Virus record (IMG/VR): IMGVR_UViG_3300035703_000022
Coordinates: 64,001-128,000 of that record
Origin: a virus
Strand: one strand, 5' to 3'
DNA length: 64,000 bases
Both the position numbers and the translations under genes were made by a program. The notes under the pieces are model-generated. The model saw only the letters and a list, made by a program, of their open reading frames with translations, was not told where the DNA came from and did not search any database. This document shows, piece after piece, positions 48,501 to 56,741 of the stretch (the first letter of the stretch is position 1; the number at the start of each line of letters is the position of its first letter).

Positions 48501-49887
48501 CACTACCGATTGTATAAAACTTTGTTCCGCTGTCCCCAAAAGTGACCTCTTGCATTGCAGTGTCAGCTGAAATAACAAATTGCGATATGGTAATACTAAA
48601 AGGTTTATAACTAGTTATATCCCATGCAGTAGACAACTCCAATTCGTAAATAAGATCGCCAGTATTTCCTAAAATATAAAGTTTTGTCCCTGAACTATTA
48701 AAACAGAATCCACCAACATCATTTTCTGGGGAAAGATTCGATAGACCAACAGTTGGTATAATTTTTTTAATATTAATAGATTTATTATTATAAACTGCAT
48801 ATGAAATGTCCCAAGCTTCTGGAGCACTATCCAAAGTATACTCATATAAATCATCCGTAAGTACATTATAGGCCCAATATCTTCTACCTACATTGCTACC
48901 ACTAGTTTGAAATGTAATTCCTTTAAATCCCGTTGTTGGTCCACCAGAAATTGTTGGTGAAGTTTTGTTAACATAACTTAATATATTATTAGCTCTATAT
49001 GATGATCCAAGATTTAGTTGCGTAACATCTCCATTATCTCTTAAAATATATGCCTTATTTCCATTATCCCCATAAAAAACACCTTCAGCACTAGAAGTAT
49101 TTGAAACACTAAGGTCATATACATCAACATTATCTAAAGTCCCTGTAGATGGGTTCCACGGAGTTGATAAGTTATACTTGAAAAATCCACCACCACTACA
49201 ATTAAGTACTAACTTCGTTCCAGTAGAATCTATCCAAAAACAATTAATACTATTAAAGTGTTTTAGTCCGGATCCAGAATCATAAGTTACTGTTCCACCA
49301 ATATCCCACGGTGAATCTAAATTATAAACACTTATAAAGTTACTACTGACTCCAGAAGTAATCATCCTCCGACCATTACTGGAAAACGCTATTCCAACAC
49401 TAGATGTACCAGGTAGAGTAAAGTAAGTTGAATCTAGTGTAATATTTTTAGCATCATATGGAGATTGACAAGAATATTGATAAATGGTGCTTCCTACTGA
49501 TGCAGTTGTAGTACTAGAAGTATATAATTTATTTCCAGAATCTGCGAAAGTAAAAGTTCGACTAATATTACCACTACTAATCCCAACCCTTGGAGTTATT
49601 ATTGGACCATCTAGTGACAAAGTACCTGGATCATATGGATCCTCTGCAGAAAATTGAGTGATCTTATCTGCAGTTTGTCCCATGATAAAAGCTTTTGTTC
49701 CATCAGTATTAAAGACAAAAGAAGATTCGAGAACTTCACCAGATGGCCAAAATTTTGAAACGTCTTTTAACGATCTGTAATTTTGAATTTGATTAGTAGT
49801 TTTTTTCCATTCTATTTGATCTTCCAGAGAATATATCCCAGAAGTTTTTGTGTATGTTAAATCACCACCTATTTGTCTTAAAGTCAT
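42517..49887 (-). CDS. Giant beta-propeller repeat protein (2456 aa), probably virion-associated
   Basis: Dozens of ~50-aa F.SDGTKMY...YQY.LSTPWDIST repeats. Confidence 0.85.
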   Translation of the reverse strand: MTLRQIGGDLTYTKTSGIYSLEDQIEWKKTTNQIQNYRSLKDVSKFWPSGEVLESSFVFNTDGTKAFIMGQTADKITQFSAEDPYDPGTLSLDGPIITPRVGISSGNISRTFTFADSGNKLYTSSTTTASVGSTIYQYSCQSPYDAKNITLDSTYFTLPGTSSVGIAFSSNGRRMITSGVSSNFISVYNLDSPWDIGGTVTYDSGSGLKHFNSINCFWIDSTGTKLVLNCSGGGFFKYNLSTPWNPSTGTLDNVDVYDLSVSNTSSAEGVFYGDNGNKAYILRDNGDVTQLNLGSSYRANNILSYVNKTSPTISGGPTTGFKGITFQTSGSNVGRRYWAYNVLTDDLYEYTLDSAPEAWDISYAVYNNKSINIKKIIPTVGLSNLSPENDVGGFCFNSSGTKLYILGNTGDLIYELELSTAWDITSYKPFSITISQFVISADTAMQEVTFGDSGTKFYTIGSAGATKQVYQYNLTTAWDITSSAVTATADKTFNINTGVSRDTDPRSVRFSSDGTRMFVLGNQNNKVYQYSLSTAWDVSTSTYSKEFTIGTTEIALADVPSGLAFNDTGTKMFILGDEATNAVYQYQLGTAWDLGTVVLLAPTAGYTVTAPDSNPTGIVFGDSGNKMYIVGNNSDTIRQFNLSVAYDINSTVTLQTSSIPTSYDGDVTGIDFSSDGTLVYVCGNFRDLIVAYRLKTPWDISSWQYDGYSLSTPTVSSGIAIGDGDNKLYWFTNTLNTLYQRDLTTAGIITSGGTNTSKNFRPYDNSINSLGISSVGSYIAMVSDSWLYTFNMSTPYDITSISNDTYNMSALGNGSSILMKDDGSELYLTINASGTPRIYKYPLSTNYNFNTFSTSTFVNTVDQYDRSIGRLWNQIYLSSDGSNLWTLPTSPSHDIFKYDLSTPYDFNTLWYGDYSLTGLLGTNQHTIRFNQDGTRLYVMTLTNIHQLDLSTPFDLRTAVNNNKSVPFALDTTPVSFEVSTDESKFYILGDELNSIFEYTVKTPGDITTAYYFNNLNVSTQGVNPKSSVLRPDGTKIYVLIGTTIYQYSLSTAFDLVTATYESKSFSVSSFATDPRSIVILGDDGKSMAVLDGNVGTTRIYQFYLQTPWDISTAWFERTVSVSGQDAAPASVYIGPPETVSGVTAGSKMYIGGTNSTEDRVYEYTLSTPWTLNSATYVQSFNTLAGAITGLFFNPEGTRMICVADDDNSFRQFTLSTPWDISTAYRYRNVSVSGSDSLPYDLAFCKYGTNAGKLLYIVGDNNDRIYQFYLGAAYDISTMNNSSTPTTINGISVPGRTQSPVLNGLSNSGASGGATWTGLDFNDTGTRVYLTEDANNRILQFNLDTPWDITTLRGIPTKTFPAANANASGMTWGKDGSSGTLGKRLYICDELDDLIYQYDLETAYSVTTINTSISTVNGVPGYKTFSTLSYDGTAQGVEIKSDGTKLYITGSSSDRVVELILDTPWDITSARLPYKVKSVSAQLSTAAALTFKSDGTKMYVMSSTTSDIVYQYSLSTAWDVSTATYESKSFTLQTETIHTGFDITDVYDAGGGNWKQHLYAVGTGNDRIYRYTITATTSTDAKFWDITQFGTVEATSLLVSGSDGVQHSIKVSRDGANAGKYITLVGQTADDVFFYTMGTAYDLSTATLMTGTKDVSAEGTPTGVAVAYGSGVTEGTVFYVVGDTSDTIREYSLKQSGVLTPWASGTITWTLERSLTIGANDLVNITAATDLAVSKNGGWIYVLDGDEVYGFPMEVSHNLLSANKGSLYVATQETTPMVSRFANNGTELYVYGQSGDDINRYTLSIPWLVSSGTFISNSGSLADTIPYGLEVKEDGSRYWIVGSTDIIREYTPSVNYNTTLTTGNTKDIAYFVPDPRSLKFNNDGTKLFVINSTSIWEFEVDNPYDTVAINTQYFASPDTAPECIKFKSDNTIGGTGNGTKFAVFGSTNNTVRTYTCAYAWNVSSVSSTATGVAMDSATRGLAFNANGSRIYLTGDSDQITQHNATDYASDSPTITAKTVVSPIFVDPTGIDISTDGTKMYALAGGIVYEMILDTAYDVGSIYVASMSIAEDTSPQGLHIGDNGSKLTYFGNTGDDIRVYSLATPYNANNYTSFNFQTSVPDINIVGVWVSDDGQTILMLGQSGEKIYKYTTSSPWNFSSWTNSGKSYNLIHRIDSDGLAFSSDGLTMYILSGTQVVEVPLETAWSPETAYTGVISLSGEDSAPVSLCKTSDGLNLYMLGDTGNDISRYTLSPANKINTATYVNAVSHSTDSAATGFTCDSTGSTFWITGPGNDRIYQISNSGSSGSLGSFTQTTNIDISRIDNVPNDVFLSSNGNYLYLTGQQYDSILRFDLTTSNTLVGYDRHLLDISSETTAPISITKSQDSTKLFVNDVNVILQYEISNLSINNTTYSQKSLYVGSSAGGAVTPKDIHLSLNGNYLYVLDQNQDEVKVYNTILK

Positions 49888-50246
49888 GAGATCTCCTCAT
49901 ATCCGATTAAAATATGAATACGATTAGCGGAACTAGCTTGCGCTCTAATTGATACGTTTTCTTCCAAATATAAGTAATTTTCTTTTGACAACACAATTTG
50001 TGTAGCATCTGCCGGAACAGTAACTGTTTTTACGATATAGTAATCATTAGATCCATCATAAAAACTAACAGAAATATCTGATGCTGAAGTTCCGTCTACA
50101 TTTGCAGCAAGAATTGAATTTATTTTTAAAACTTTATTACTACCACTTGAATTTTGTATACAAGTTGTTATACCAGTACTCGACAATATAGTACCGTTTG
50201 TTTTTCCAACAAGTGATGTAGCTACCGCAAGATTAGGAGCAGTCAT
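49884..50246 (-). CDS. Hypothetical beta-rich structural protein
   Basis: 120 aa, coupled to the giant gene; TATAAATA at 50272-50279. Confidence 0.8.
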   Translation of the reverse strand: MTAPNLAVATSLVGKTNGTILSSTGITTCIQNSSGSNKVLKINSILAANVDGTSASDISVSFYDGSNDYYIVKTVTVPADATQIVLSKENYLYLEENVSIRAQASSANRIHILIGYEEIS

Positions 50247-50287
50247 GTATAAATTATCTTATTCTTAATTGTATTTATATTTAATAA

Positions 50288-51712
50288 TCAAAATATTAAA
50301 CTCATTATAATAGATCTTGAATTAGTCGTGTTAACTGTGGCAATTCCTGATGGAGAAAGGTTCACGGAAAGATCCGATCCAAAATTAATTGTTCTTGCAG
50401 CCCCAACATTAACATTATTACTTTGAAGATAAACTCCAGTTCCAACTCCAACAATTCCTGTTAATCCAGATCCACTACCAACAAAATTTGAAGCAGTTAT
50501 GACACCAGAAACATTAACTTGTTTAGCAAATAATGTAGTTCCTGTTACTGTAGTGATACCAGCAAATGTAGAAACACCAGAAACACTAAGTTGTTTAGTA
50601 AATAAAGATACTCCTGTTACTGTAGTGATACCAGCAAATGTAGAAACACCAGAAACACTAAGTTGTTTAGTAAATAAAGATACTCCTGTTACTGTAGTAA
50701 TACCAGCAAACGTAGAGATTCCAGTAAATGAAGAATTACCAGAAACATTTAGTTGTCCTAATGTTCCAACAGAAGTTAGTGAAGAATTAACAACACCACT
50801 TCCAAGTGAATTGGAAGATACAAGAATATTACTTGAACTGTCTCTATAAGAAGTTGCATTTATTGTTCCGGTAACAAGAGCACTTCCATTTACAGTAAAC
50901 TCATAAGATGAGTTTGCATTACCCTTTATGCCAACAAGCCCAGTTTGTGTGATAGTAATAGCAGTAACATCTATTATTCCATCACTGCCATCAGCACATT
51001 GAATTTTGAATAAATTATTTGGAGAAGCACCTGCAGAACCTTCATGATAAATACGAAAATAATCCTGACCTGTGGATCCACCTTCTCTAAATACAATACT
51101 ATTATTGAGTCCAGTACCCCCAGTCAATCTTATTACGGCACCATTTGTATCAAAAACTGTAAGCTTAGCTTCTGAGTTTGTAGTGCCTATTCCAACAGAG
51201 CCATTAAGAGTACTAATACCAGAAATAGATAATGATGTACCTACGATATTAGTACCACTTATAGAACCACCCGTAAATTCACCATAGATAGAACTAAAAA
51301 TTCTATTAGCCGTTAATATTCCTGTAAAGTATCCATCACCATCAACCCAAAGTTTTGATGTTGGATTTGTAGTGCCTATTCCAACAGAGCCATTAAGAGT
51401 ACTAATACCAGAAATAGATAATGATGTACCTACGATATTAGTACCACTTATAGAACCACCCGTAAATTCACCATAAAGACCACTGATAATTCTATTAGCC
51501 GTTAATATTCCGGTAATATAAGTATCACCTACAATATGAAGCTTTGATGTTGGATTTGTGGTTCCTATTCCAGTATTACCAGAAACATAAGCACCACCAG
51601 TTACTTGGAGACTTTGTGAACTAGTACCGGTGGAAGACGATGACCCAACTGTTAAAGTACTATCAATTGTAGAAGTACCATATATCCTTGTACCAGATTT
51701 GAGTTTTGCCAT
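50288..51712 (-). CDS. Tail-fibre-like protein
   Basis: GIGTTNP and VSGVST repeats. Confidence 0.8.
   Translation of the reverse strand: MAKLKSGTRIYGTSTIDSTLTVGSSSSTGTSSQSLQVTGGAYVSGNTGIGTTNPTSKLHIVGDTYITGILTANRIISGLYGEFTGGSISGTNIVGTSLSISGISTLNGSVGIGTTNPTSKLWVDGDGYFTGILTANRIFSSIYGEFTGGSISGTNIVGTSLSISGISTLNGSVGIGTTNSEAKLTVFDTNGAVIRLTGGTGLNNSIVFREGGSTGQDYFRIYHEGSAGASPNNLFKIQCADGSDGIIDVTAITITQTGLVGIKGNANSSYEFTVNGSALVTGTINATSYRDSSSNILVSSNSLGSGVVNSSLTSVGTLGQLNVSGNSSFTGISTFAGITTVTGVSLFTKQLSVSGVSTFAGITTVTGVSLFTKQLSVSGVSTFAGITTVTGTTLFAKQVNVSGVITASNFVGSGSGLTGIVGVGTGVYLQSNNVNVGAARTINFGSDLSVNLSPSGIATVNTTNSRSIIMSLIF
50500..50715. repeat. About three 72-bp tandem repeats (FAGITTVTGVSLFTKQLSVSGVST)
   Basis: Near-identical DNA units. 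Confidence 0.85.
51180..51570. repeat. Two ~189-bp tandem repeats; a third copy near 55930-56085
   Basis: GEFTGGSISGTNIVGTSLSISGISTL block repeated. Confidence 0.85.
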
Positions 51713-51715
51713 TTC

Positions 51716-54700
51716 TTATGCTTGTGCCTCCGTCCAAGAAATGCGACATGCCAAATTTTTGCTTCCAGTTGATTCTAAAAGTGTTGCAGTAATTAAAAGA
51801 ATGTCAGGACCAACTGGATATCCTGGGTTAATTGCTCCAGTATCACCGTTTCCACTAATAATAGAAGTTCCAAGGTCACGAACTTTTCCTAAATCAAATG
51901 ATGTTGCCGAAAAGTTATTACCACCAGAGTTTTCAGTATAGAAGCCAAAGATTCTATCTCCACCAGTAAATGTGCCAGTTGCAGTTGCTGCTGTTCCACT
52001 ATAAGTTTGGGTTCCGTCCCAATAAACCACCTGTGCAAGAGAACCAGAACCTACAGGAACAGTTTCCCAATTTGTTGGGAATGTTAGTCCAGTACCTGTT
52101 AGTGTTTGAGGATTCAAAATACCTTGAATAAGAAACTGTCCTTGTGAATAGACACCCATACTGGTAAGTGTCAACTGCATTCGGTTGACAATTTCACGAA
52201 TGCCAAAGTTTTTACCGATACCAGAATCGACAGATGGGGCAATACGAATAGCAATAAGTGGTCTTGTAGCACCAGCAGCAACACTAAGGTATCTGTTCAT
52301 ACCTGCAGTAAAAATGATAGATTTATCATCATCATATCTACCATCCATAATCGCAGAAACACCCCAGTGACTTACAACTGGAGCACAATCATTATAAACA
52401 TATTGAACAGATACCTGAGGGGTTCCACTACCACCAACAGAAGAATCTGGACTAAATGTTACCGAGGAAGAAGTTCCTGATAGTGTATACGCCGTAGAAC
52501 TAAATGAACCTGCAGCATTAATACCAGCAATACTGTAATTTGTCCTTCTAGTGAGGCCAGTCAAAGGATAACCACGCACTGTTGAATTATATGCGCCGAT
52601 TCCAGTGTAACGAATCATCTCACTGTTTGTACCATCAGATATCACTACATAACCATCAGTAGGCCAACCAACTGTATTTTCTACATATAATGTTGTATCC
52701 GTGCTTGCTAAGTTGGATCCTCTTGTTGCCGTTGCCCCTGCAAGAAGTCTTGAATATGGTCCGAAGTTGATTGCCTCAAATCTACCTGGTAGGTTACCAG
52801 AACGCATATATGCAGCAGTATTTACGTTATTGTTTGGCATCTTGTGGCAGTAAACAATATCACCATTGACTGCACGGAAACCAAAACGAATGAAACCAGC
52901 ACCATACCAAGTATAATCAATGTATGCCATCTGCATCTTAGAAATATCTAAGTTATATCCAGATGGTCCAGTGCCGTCCATTTTATCCATGTTCCACTGG
53001 TTCTGTGGAATACGGTGGGTTTGGGTTTTGAGGTATTTAACGTTAGATCTTGTTGGTCCTCGATATGAGGGGTTAATTCTCAATGAAGTGTCCGACAAAA
53101 TCTGGGCAATCTCATATGACTGTCCTTTAATTACAATTTTATCTCCAACTACCAACTGTTCTCTAAATCTTGTATTTGTACCAGTTATTGCACCACTATC
53201 TGCAGTCACAGCAAGTGTACCAAATAATTCTTTTACAGAGTCTCTACGACAAGAATATAATTGTTGTCCATCATATTCGAAGAAAAATCCATTTTGTTCA
53301 TCAAATAATCCAGTTCTAACAGAAGCACCTTTCCATTGAATAGCAGTAATAAAAGCATTAGTACCACCAGGAGCAGTATCAGAAACTGCAGATGTTGTGG
53401 AATAAGTAAATGACTTTGTTCCTGTGACCGAAACCACAGTTGTTGATGATCTATTGTACAATGCACTATCAGCATCACCAGAAGCAGATACAACCCCCTC
53501 AATTTTAATAACAGCACCGACCTGAAGATTATGATCTTGTGCAGTATTTACAGTGACTGTAGTGCCAGATGCAGTAATCGTTGTAACATCAAATGTTGGT
53601 GTTAGTTTTGCACCAGTTGAGAACTGCATTCCTTTACCAGACTGATAACGGAAATATCTACGGGTTTGACGAATTTGTTGAGAACCCGTAAAGTTTCCAC
53701 CACTTGTTAGTAATACACCACCATCAGTTGATCTATGCTGTTGATATCCTTCTGGTCTTGTGTATAGAAGTGCGTTTGCAAAATTAGTTCCTGAGGCAAG
53801 TGTTCCTGTTGGAGTCGCAGCAGCAGTAAAGGTAAATGTAGTTGGTGTCGCTACAGTAACAATAACCCAGTTACCATTTGGTGGGTTTGTTGTTGCAGTT
53901 ATACCACGAACCATAATAGGAGTTCCTGGATATAATCCATGATCATTCGCTGTTGTAACAGTGATTGTAGTACCACTATAAGTCATTGCAGATGCAGAAA
54001 CTGCAAGAGGAATTCTTGCTCCTGGATAAATTCCCCCTCCAGAAACAGTTGTATATCCGGTATCAAGGATTGAACCATTTACTTGACCTTTTGCAGTATA
54101 CGTAAATGAAGTTGTACCAGTTACACCATCAACAATAAATGTTCCATCTGCCAATTGGTTTGTAGTATCTTGAACCGTTACCACATCACCGACTGCTAAT
54201 GCGTGTGTTGCAGTAACTGTTATCGTAGATCTTGGTGTTTGATTTCCTCCAGAAATTGCAGTGGCATCAAGAGCAACTCCAGAAGTTCCTTTTGCATAAA
54301 AAGAAGGATAATTTTGAACTAAAGCTAGTGATTCCCACTTAGATGGTTGCACCGAATATTCGAAATCAGTATCAATGAGTGACTGAGGTGTAGAAACCCT
54401 CATTTTTGATACTGGATCCTGAAAAGTTTCTGAGGGAGTAAACTTTTCATCATACTCATCAATAATAATTTGAAGTTTATCAGTACTGTTCATTGAAGCA
54501 GTATTGTAATTTAATACAACAGTAGTTGTATCTTTTGCTCCCGTAACAACTCCTGTCCCAGATGCTACTGTTGCGCCTTGTTGATAATTGGTAGCATTTG
54601 TAGTATAAGTAATAATACCAAGATTGGGATCCGAAAAATTATAAATTACGGTATTTGTGGTTACATTTGTAATTAATATTAATCGTTCTCTAGGTATTGC

Positions 54701-54772
54701 TTTGTTAAAAACAATAGTTTTAGTAGATGGTGTAAATGTATATCCGGTTTCTAATAATGTTTTTCTTGCCAT
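51716..54772 (-). CDS. Virion structural protein (1018 aa)
   Basis: Thr/Gly-rich beta repeats (TVTT..H.L..G); located in the fibre region. Confidence 0.8.
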   Translation of the reverse strand: MARKTLLETGYTFTPSTKTIVFNKAIPRERLILITNVTTNTVIYNFSDPNLGIITYTTNATNYQQGATVASGTGVVTGAKDTTTVVLNYNTASMNSTDKLQIIIDEYDEKFTPSETFQDPVSKMRVSTPQSLIDTDFEYSVQPSKWESLALVQNYPSFYAKGTSGVALDATAISGGNQTPRSTITVTATHALAVGDVVTVQDTTNQLADGTFIVDGVTGTTSFTYTAKGQVNGSILDTGYTTVSGGGIYPGARIPLAVSASAMTYSGTTITVTTANDHGLYPGTPIMVRGITATTNPPNGNWVIVTVATPTTFTFTAAATPTGTLASGTNFANALLYTRPEGYQQHRSTDGGVLLTSGGNFTGSQQIRQTRRYFRYQSGKGMQFSTGAKLTPTFDVTTITASGTTVTVNTAQDHNLQVGAVIKIEGVVSASGDADSALYNRSSTTVVSVTGTKSFTYSTTSAVSDTAPGGTNAFITAIQWKGASVRTGLFDEQNGFFFEYDGQQLYSCRRDSVKELFGTLAVTADSGAITGTNTRFREQLVVGDKIVIKGQSYEIAQILSDTSLRINPSYRGPTRSNVKYLKTQTHRIPQNQWNMDKMDGTGPSGYNLDISKMQMAYIDYTWYGAGFIRFGFRAVNGDIVYCHKMPNNNVNTAAYMRSGNLPGRFEAINFGPYSRLLAGATATRGSNLASTDTTLYVENTVGWPTDGYVVISDGTNSEMIRYTGIGAYNSTVRGYPLTGLTRRTNYSIAGINAAGSFSSTAYTLSGTSSSVTFSPDSSVGGSGTPQVSVQYVYNDCAPVVSHWGVSAIMDGRYDDDKSIIFTAGMNRYLSVAAGATRPLIAIRIAPSVDSGIGKNFGIREIVNRMQLTLTSMGVYSQGQFLIQGILNPQTLTGTGLTFPTNWETVPVGSGSLAQVVYWDGTQTYSGTAATATGTFTGGDRIFGFYTENSGGNNFSATSFDLGKVRDLGTSIISGNGDTGAINPGYPVGPDILLITATLLESTGSKNLACRISWTEAQA

Positions 54773-54799
54773 GAAAGTTCTCCTTTGTTTTTTTATTTA

Positions 54800-55192
54800 T
54801 TAGTTAATAGTAGAAACTTCATCTATTTCATTATAGATGATACAGTCATTGTTCACAGTATACCTCATATAGGTTCCTGTTCCTGCTCCATATGAAGGCA
54901 TTGCAAATTCTGATGTTATTGGATCATATGCGGGATAAGTATTTGCAACTAATTGACCAGATATGTAAGTATTTTGATTTGTAATGGAAGGTTCTGCATA
55001 TAAATCATTTACTATATCATATGCATCATATGAATAATCTAAATTTATATTTTCTATAAACTCTGAAGCATAAAAACTTCCAGTAGATACTTGACTAATA
55101 CTTACATTATTTGATGTAGTTTCATCAAACTCTCCAACAAAAAGTATCGAACCATATTGATCCAATCTTCCAAGTACTCCAGCTACTGGCAT
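54800..55192 (-). CDS. hypothetical protein
   Basis: 130-aa acidic ORF. Confidence 0.7.
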   Translation of the reverse strand: MPVAGVLGRLDQYGSILFVGEFDETTSNNVSISQVSTGSFYASEFIENINLDYSYDAYDIVNDLYAEPSITNQNTYISGQLVANTYPAYDPITSEFAMPSYGAGTGTYMRYTVNNDCIIYNEIDEVSTIN

Positions 55193-55196
55193 AATC

Positions 55197-56708
55197 CTAT
55201 CCTGCTACAAAATCTAAACTACTAGTAGTTGAGTTATACTGTATATAGAAGTTTGTGGTTCCTGCAGTTCCACCGAATCTCATTTTGTTTGCGGAAGTTA
55301 TTCTTACATCACCTGCAATGTCTGTTTTGAATGAAGGATTTGTGACACCAACTCCAAGATTACCAGAAACATTTGCACCACCAACTACATCAAGTGCTGC
55401 TGTTGGTATTGCAGAACCAATACCAAGTTTAGTTCCAGTATTAATGAGAACTGTACTAACACCAGAAGTGGATCCTACATTGATTTGAGTAAAAGAACCA
55501 GAAAGACCACCAGTACCAAAGTTAATTGTCTTGGTTGTTCCAATACCCGATATACCTGTAGCAATACCTATTGTTTGTGAAGCGGTTGATAATCCTAATG
55601 TAATCGTACCTGTTTGTGTCGATCTTCCAATTATTATTGTTTGTGATGGAACTCCACTATCAGATTGTATAACTGTATTCGCATTAATAGTGACATTATT
55701 ATTAAATGTATTTGCATTTCCCCAGGTATTTCCAGTATTTAAAAATGCAAATGTATCATTAGCTCCAAGAGTTGGAATAGCAAGTGTTCTACTCGATCCA
55801 TTGTTAGTAACAATAGTAAGATCGCCGGCATTATTAAGAGTTCTGATTTTTAATCCAGAAGATAAGAAAGTTCCAACACCAGTTACATTCAGGTTTTGTG
55901 TTGTTAAGTCAGTGGTACTAGTAATACCCAAAGTACTAATACCAGAAATAGATAATGATGTACCTACGATATTAGTACCACTTATAGAACCACCAACAAA
56001 TTCTCCATAAAGACTGCTAATAATTCTATTAGCCGTCAGTATTCCTGTAATATAAGTATCACCAACTACATGGAGTTTTGATGTCGGTAGTGTAGTTCCT
56101 AAGCCAACATTTCTTGTTAATCCATCAATTCTTAATGCTTCTGCAGCAAATGTACCTAAAATTAATGGTGTTTGTCCATTGGTATAAATTAGTGCATTTT
56201 CAGTATTTTGAAATAATAATGATCCAAGGTTTGCTGATGAAATACCAACAAATCCAGTAGTACCTGTATAATTTGGACCATATTTTCTTAATAAAACACC
56301 TTTATATGAGGGTCCTAAATCATAATCATAATCTACTGCACCAACTTCAACAGAAGATGTGTTATTAGCATTTCTTGCATGAATACCAGATCCATCTGGA
56401 GAAAGAACATCCAAAACTTTCTGCGGATTAGTAGTTCCAATTCCAGTATATCCATCACTCCTAATAACAAAAGGAGTTGAATCTGGATTTGTGGAATCTT
56501 CTACAACAAATGCATTTCCAGTTCCAGCTTGAGTAATTCTTAAAGCATTAGTAGAGTTATTAACTGATATTGTTGATGCACCAGAAATATTAACACCTGA
56601 AGAGGTTATGATGCCACTAAAATTTCCGTTCGTTGCTGTAACAATACCGGCGTTTATAATATTTCTACTATCATCAATAATAGTAGAATTTTGAATCTTA
56701 ATTGCCAT
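55197..56708 (-). CDS. Tail-fibre-like protein
   Basis: GIGTTNP repeats; shares modules with neighbours. Confidence 0.8.
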   Translation of the reverse strand: MAIKIQNSTIIDDSRNIINAGIVTATNGNFSGIITSSGVNISGASTISVNNSTNALRITQAGTGNAFVVEDSTNPDSTPFVIRSDGYTGIGTTNPQKVLDVLSPDGSGIHARNANNTSSVEVGAVDYDYDLGPSYKGVLLRKYGPNYTGTTGFVGISSANLGSLLFQNTENALIYTNGQTPLILGTFAAEALRIDGLTRNVGLGTTLPTSKLHVVGDTYITGILTANRIISSLYGEFVGGSISGTNIVGTSLSISGISTLGITSTTDLTTQNLNVTGVGTFLSSGLKIRTLNNAGDLTIVTNNGSSRTLAIPTLGANDTFAFLNTGNTWGNANTFNNNVTINANTVIQSDSGVPSQTIIIGRSTQTGTITLGLSTASQTIGIATGISGIGTTKTINFGTGGLSGSFTQINVGSTSGVSTVLINTGTKLGIGSAIPTAALDVVGGANVSGNLGVGVTNPSFKTDIAGDVRITSANKMRFGGTAGTTNFYIQYNSTTSSLDFVAG

Positions 56709-56741
56709 CTACCGTCCTCGTATTACACTAGGTAGTCTTTA

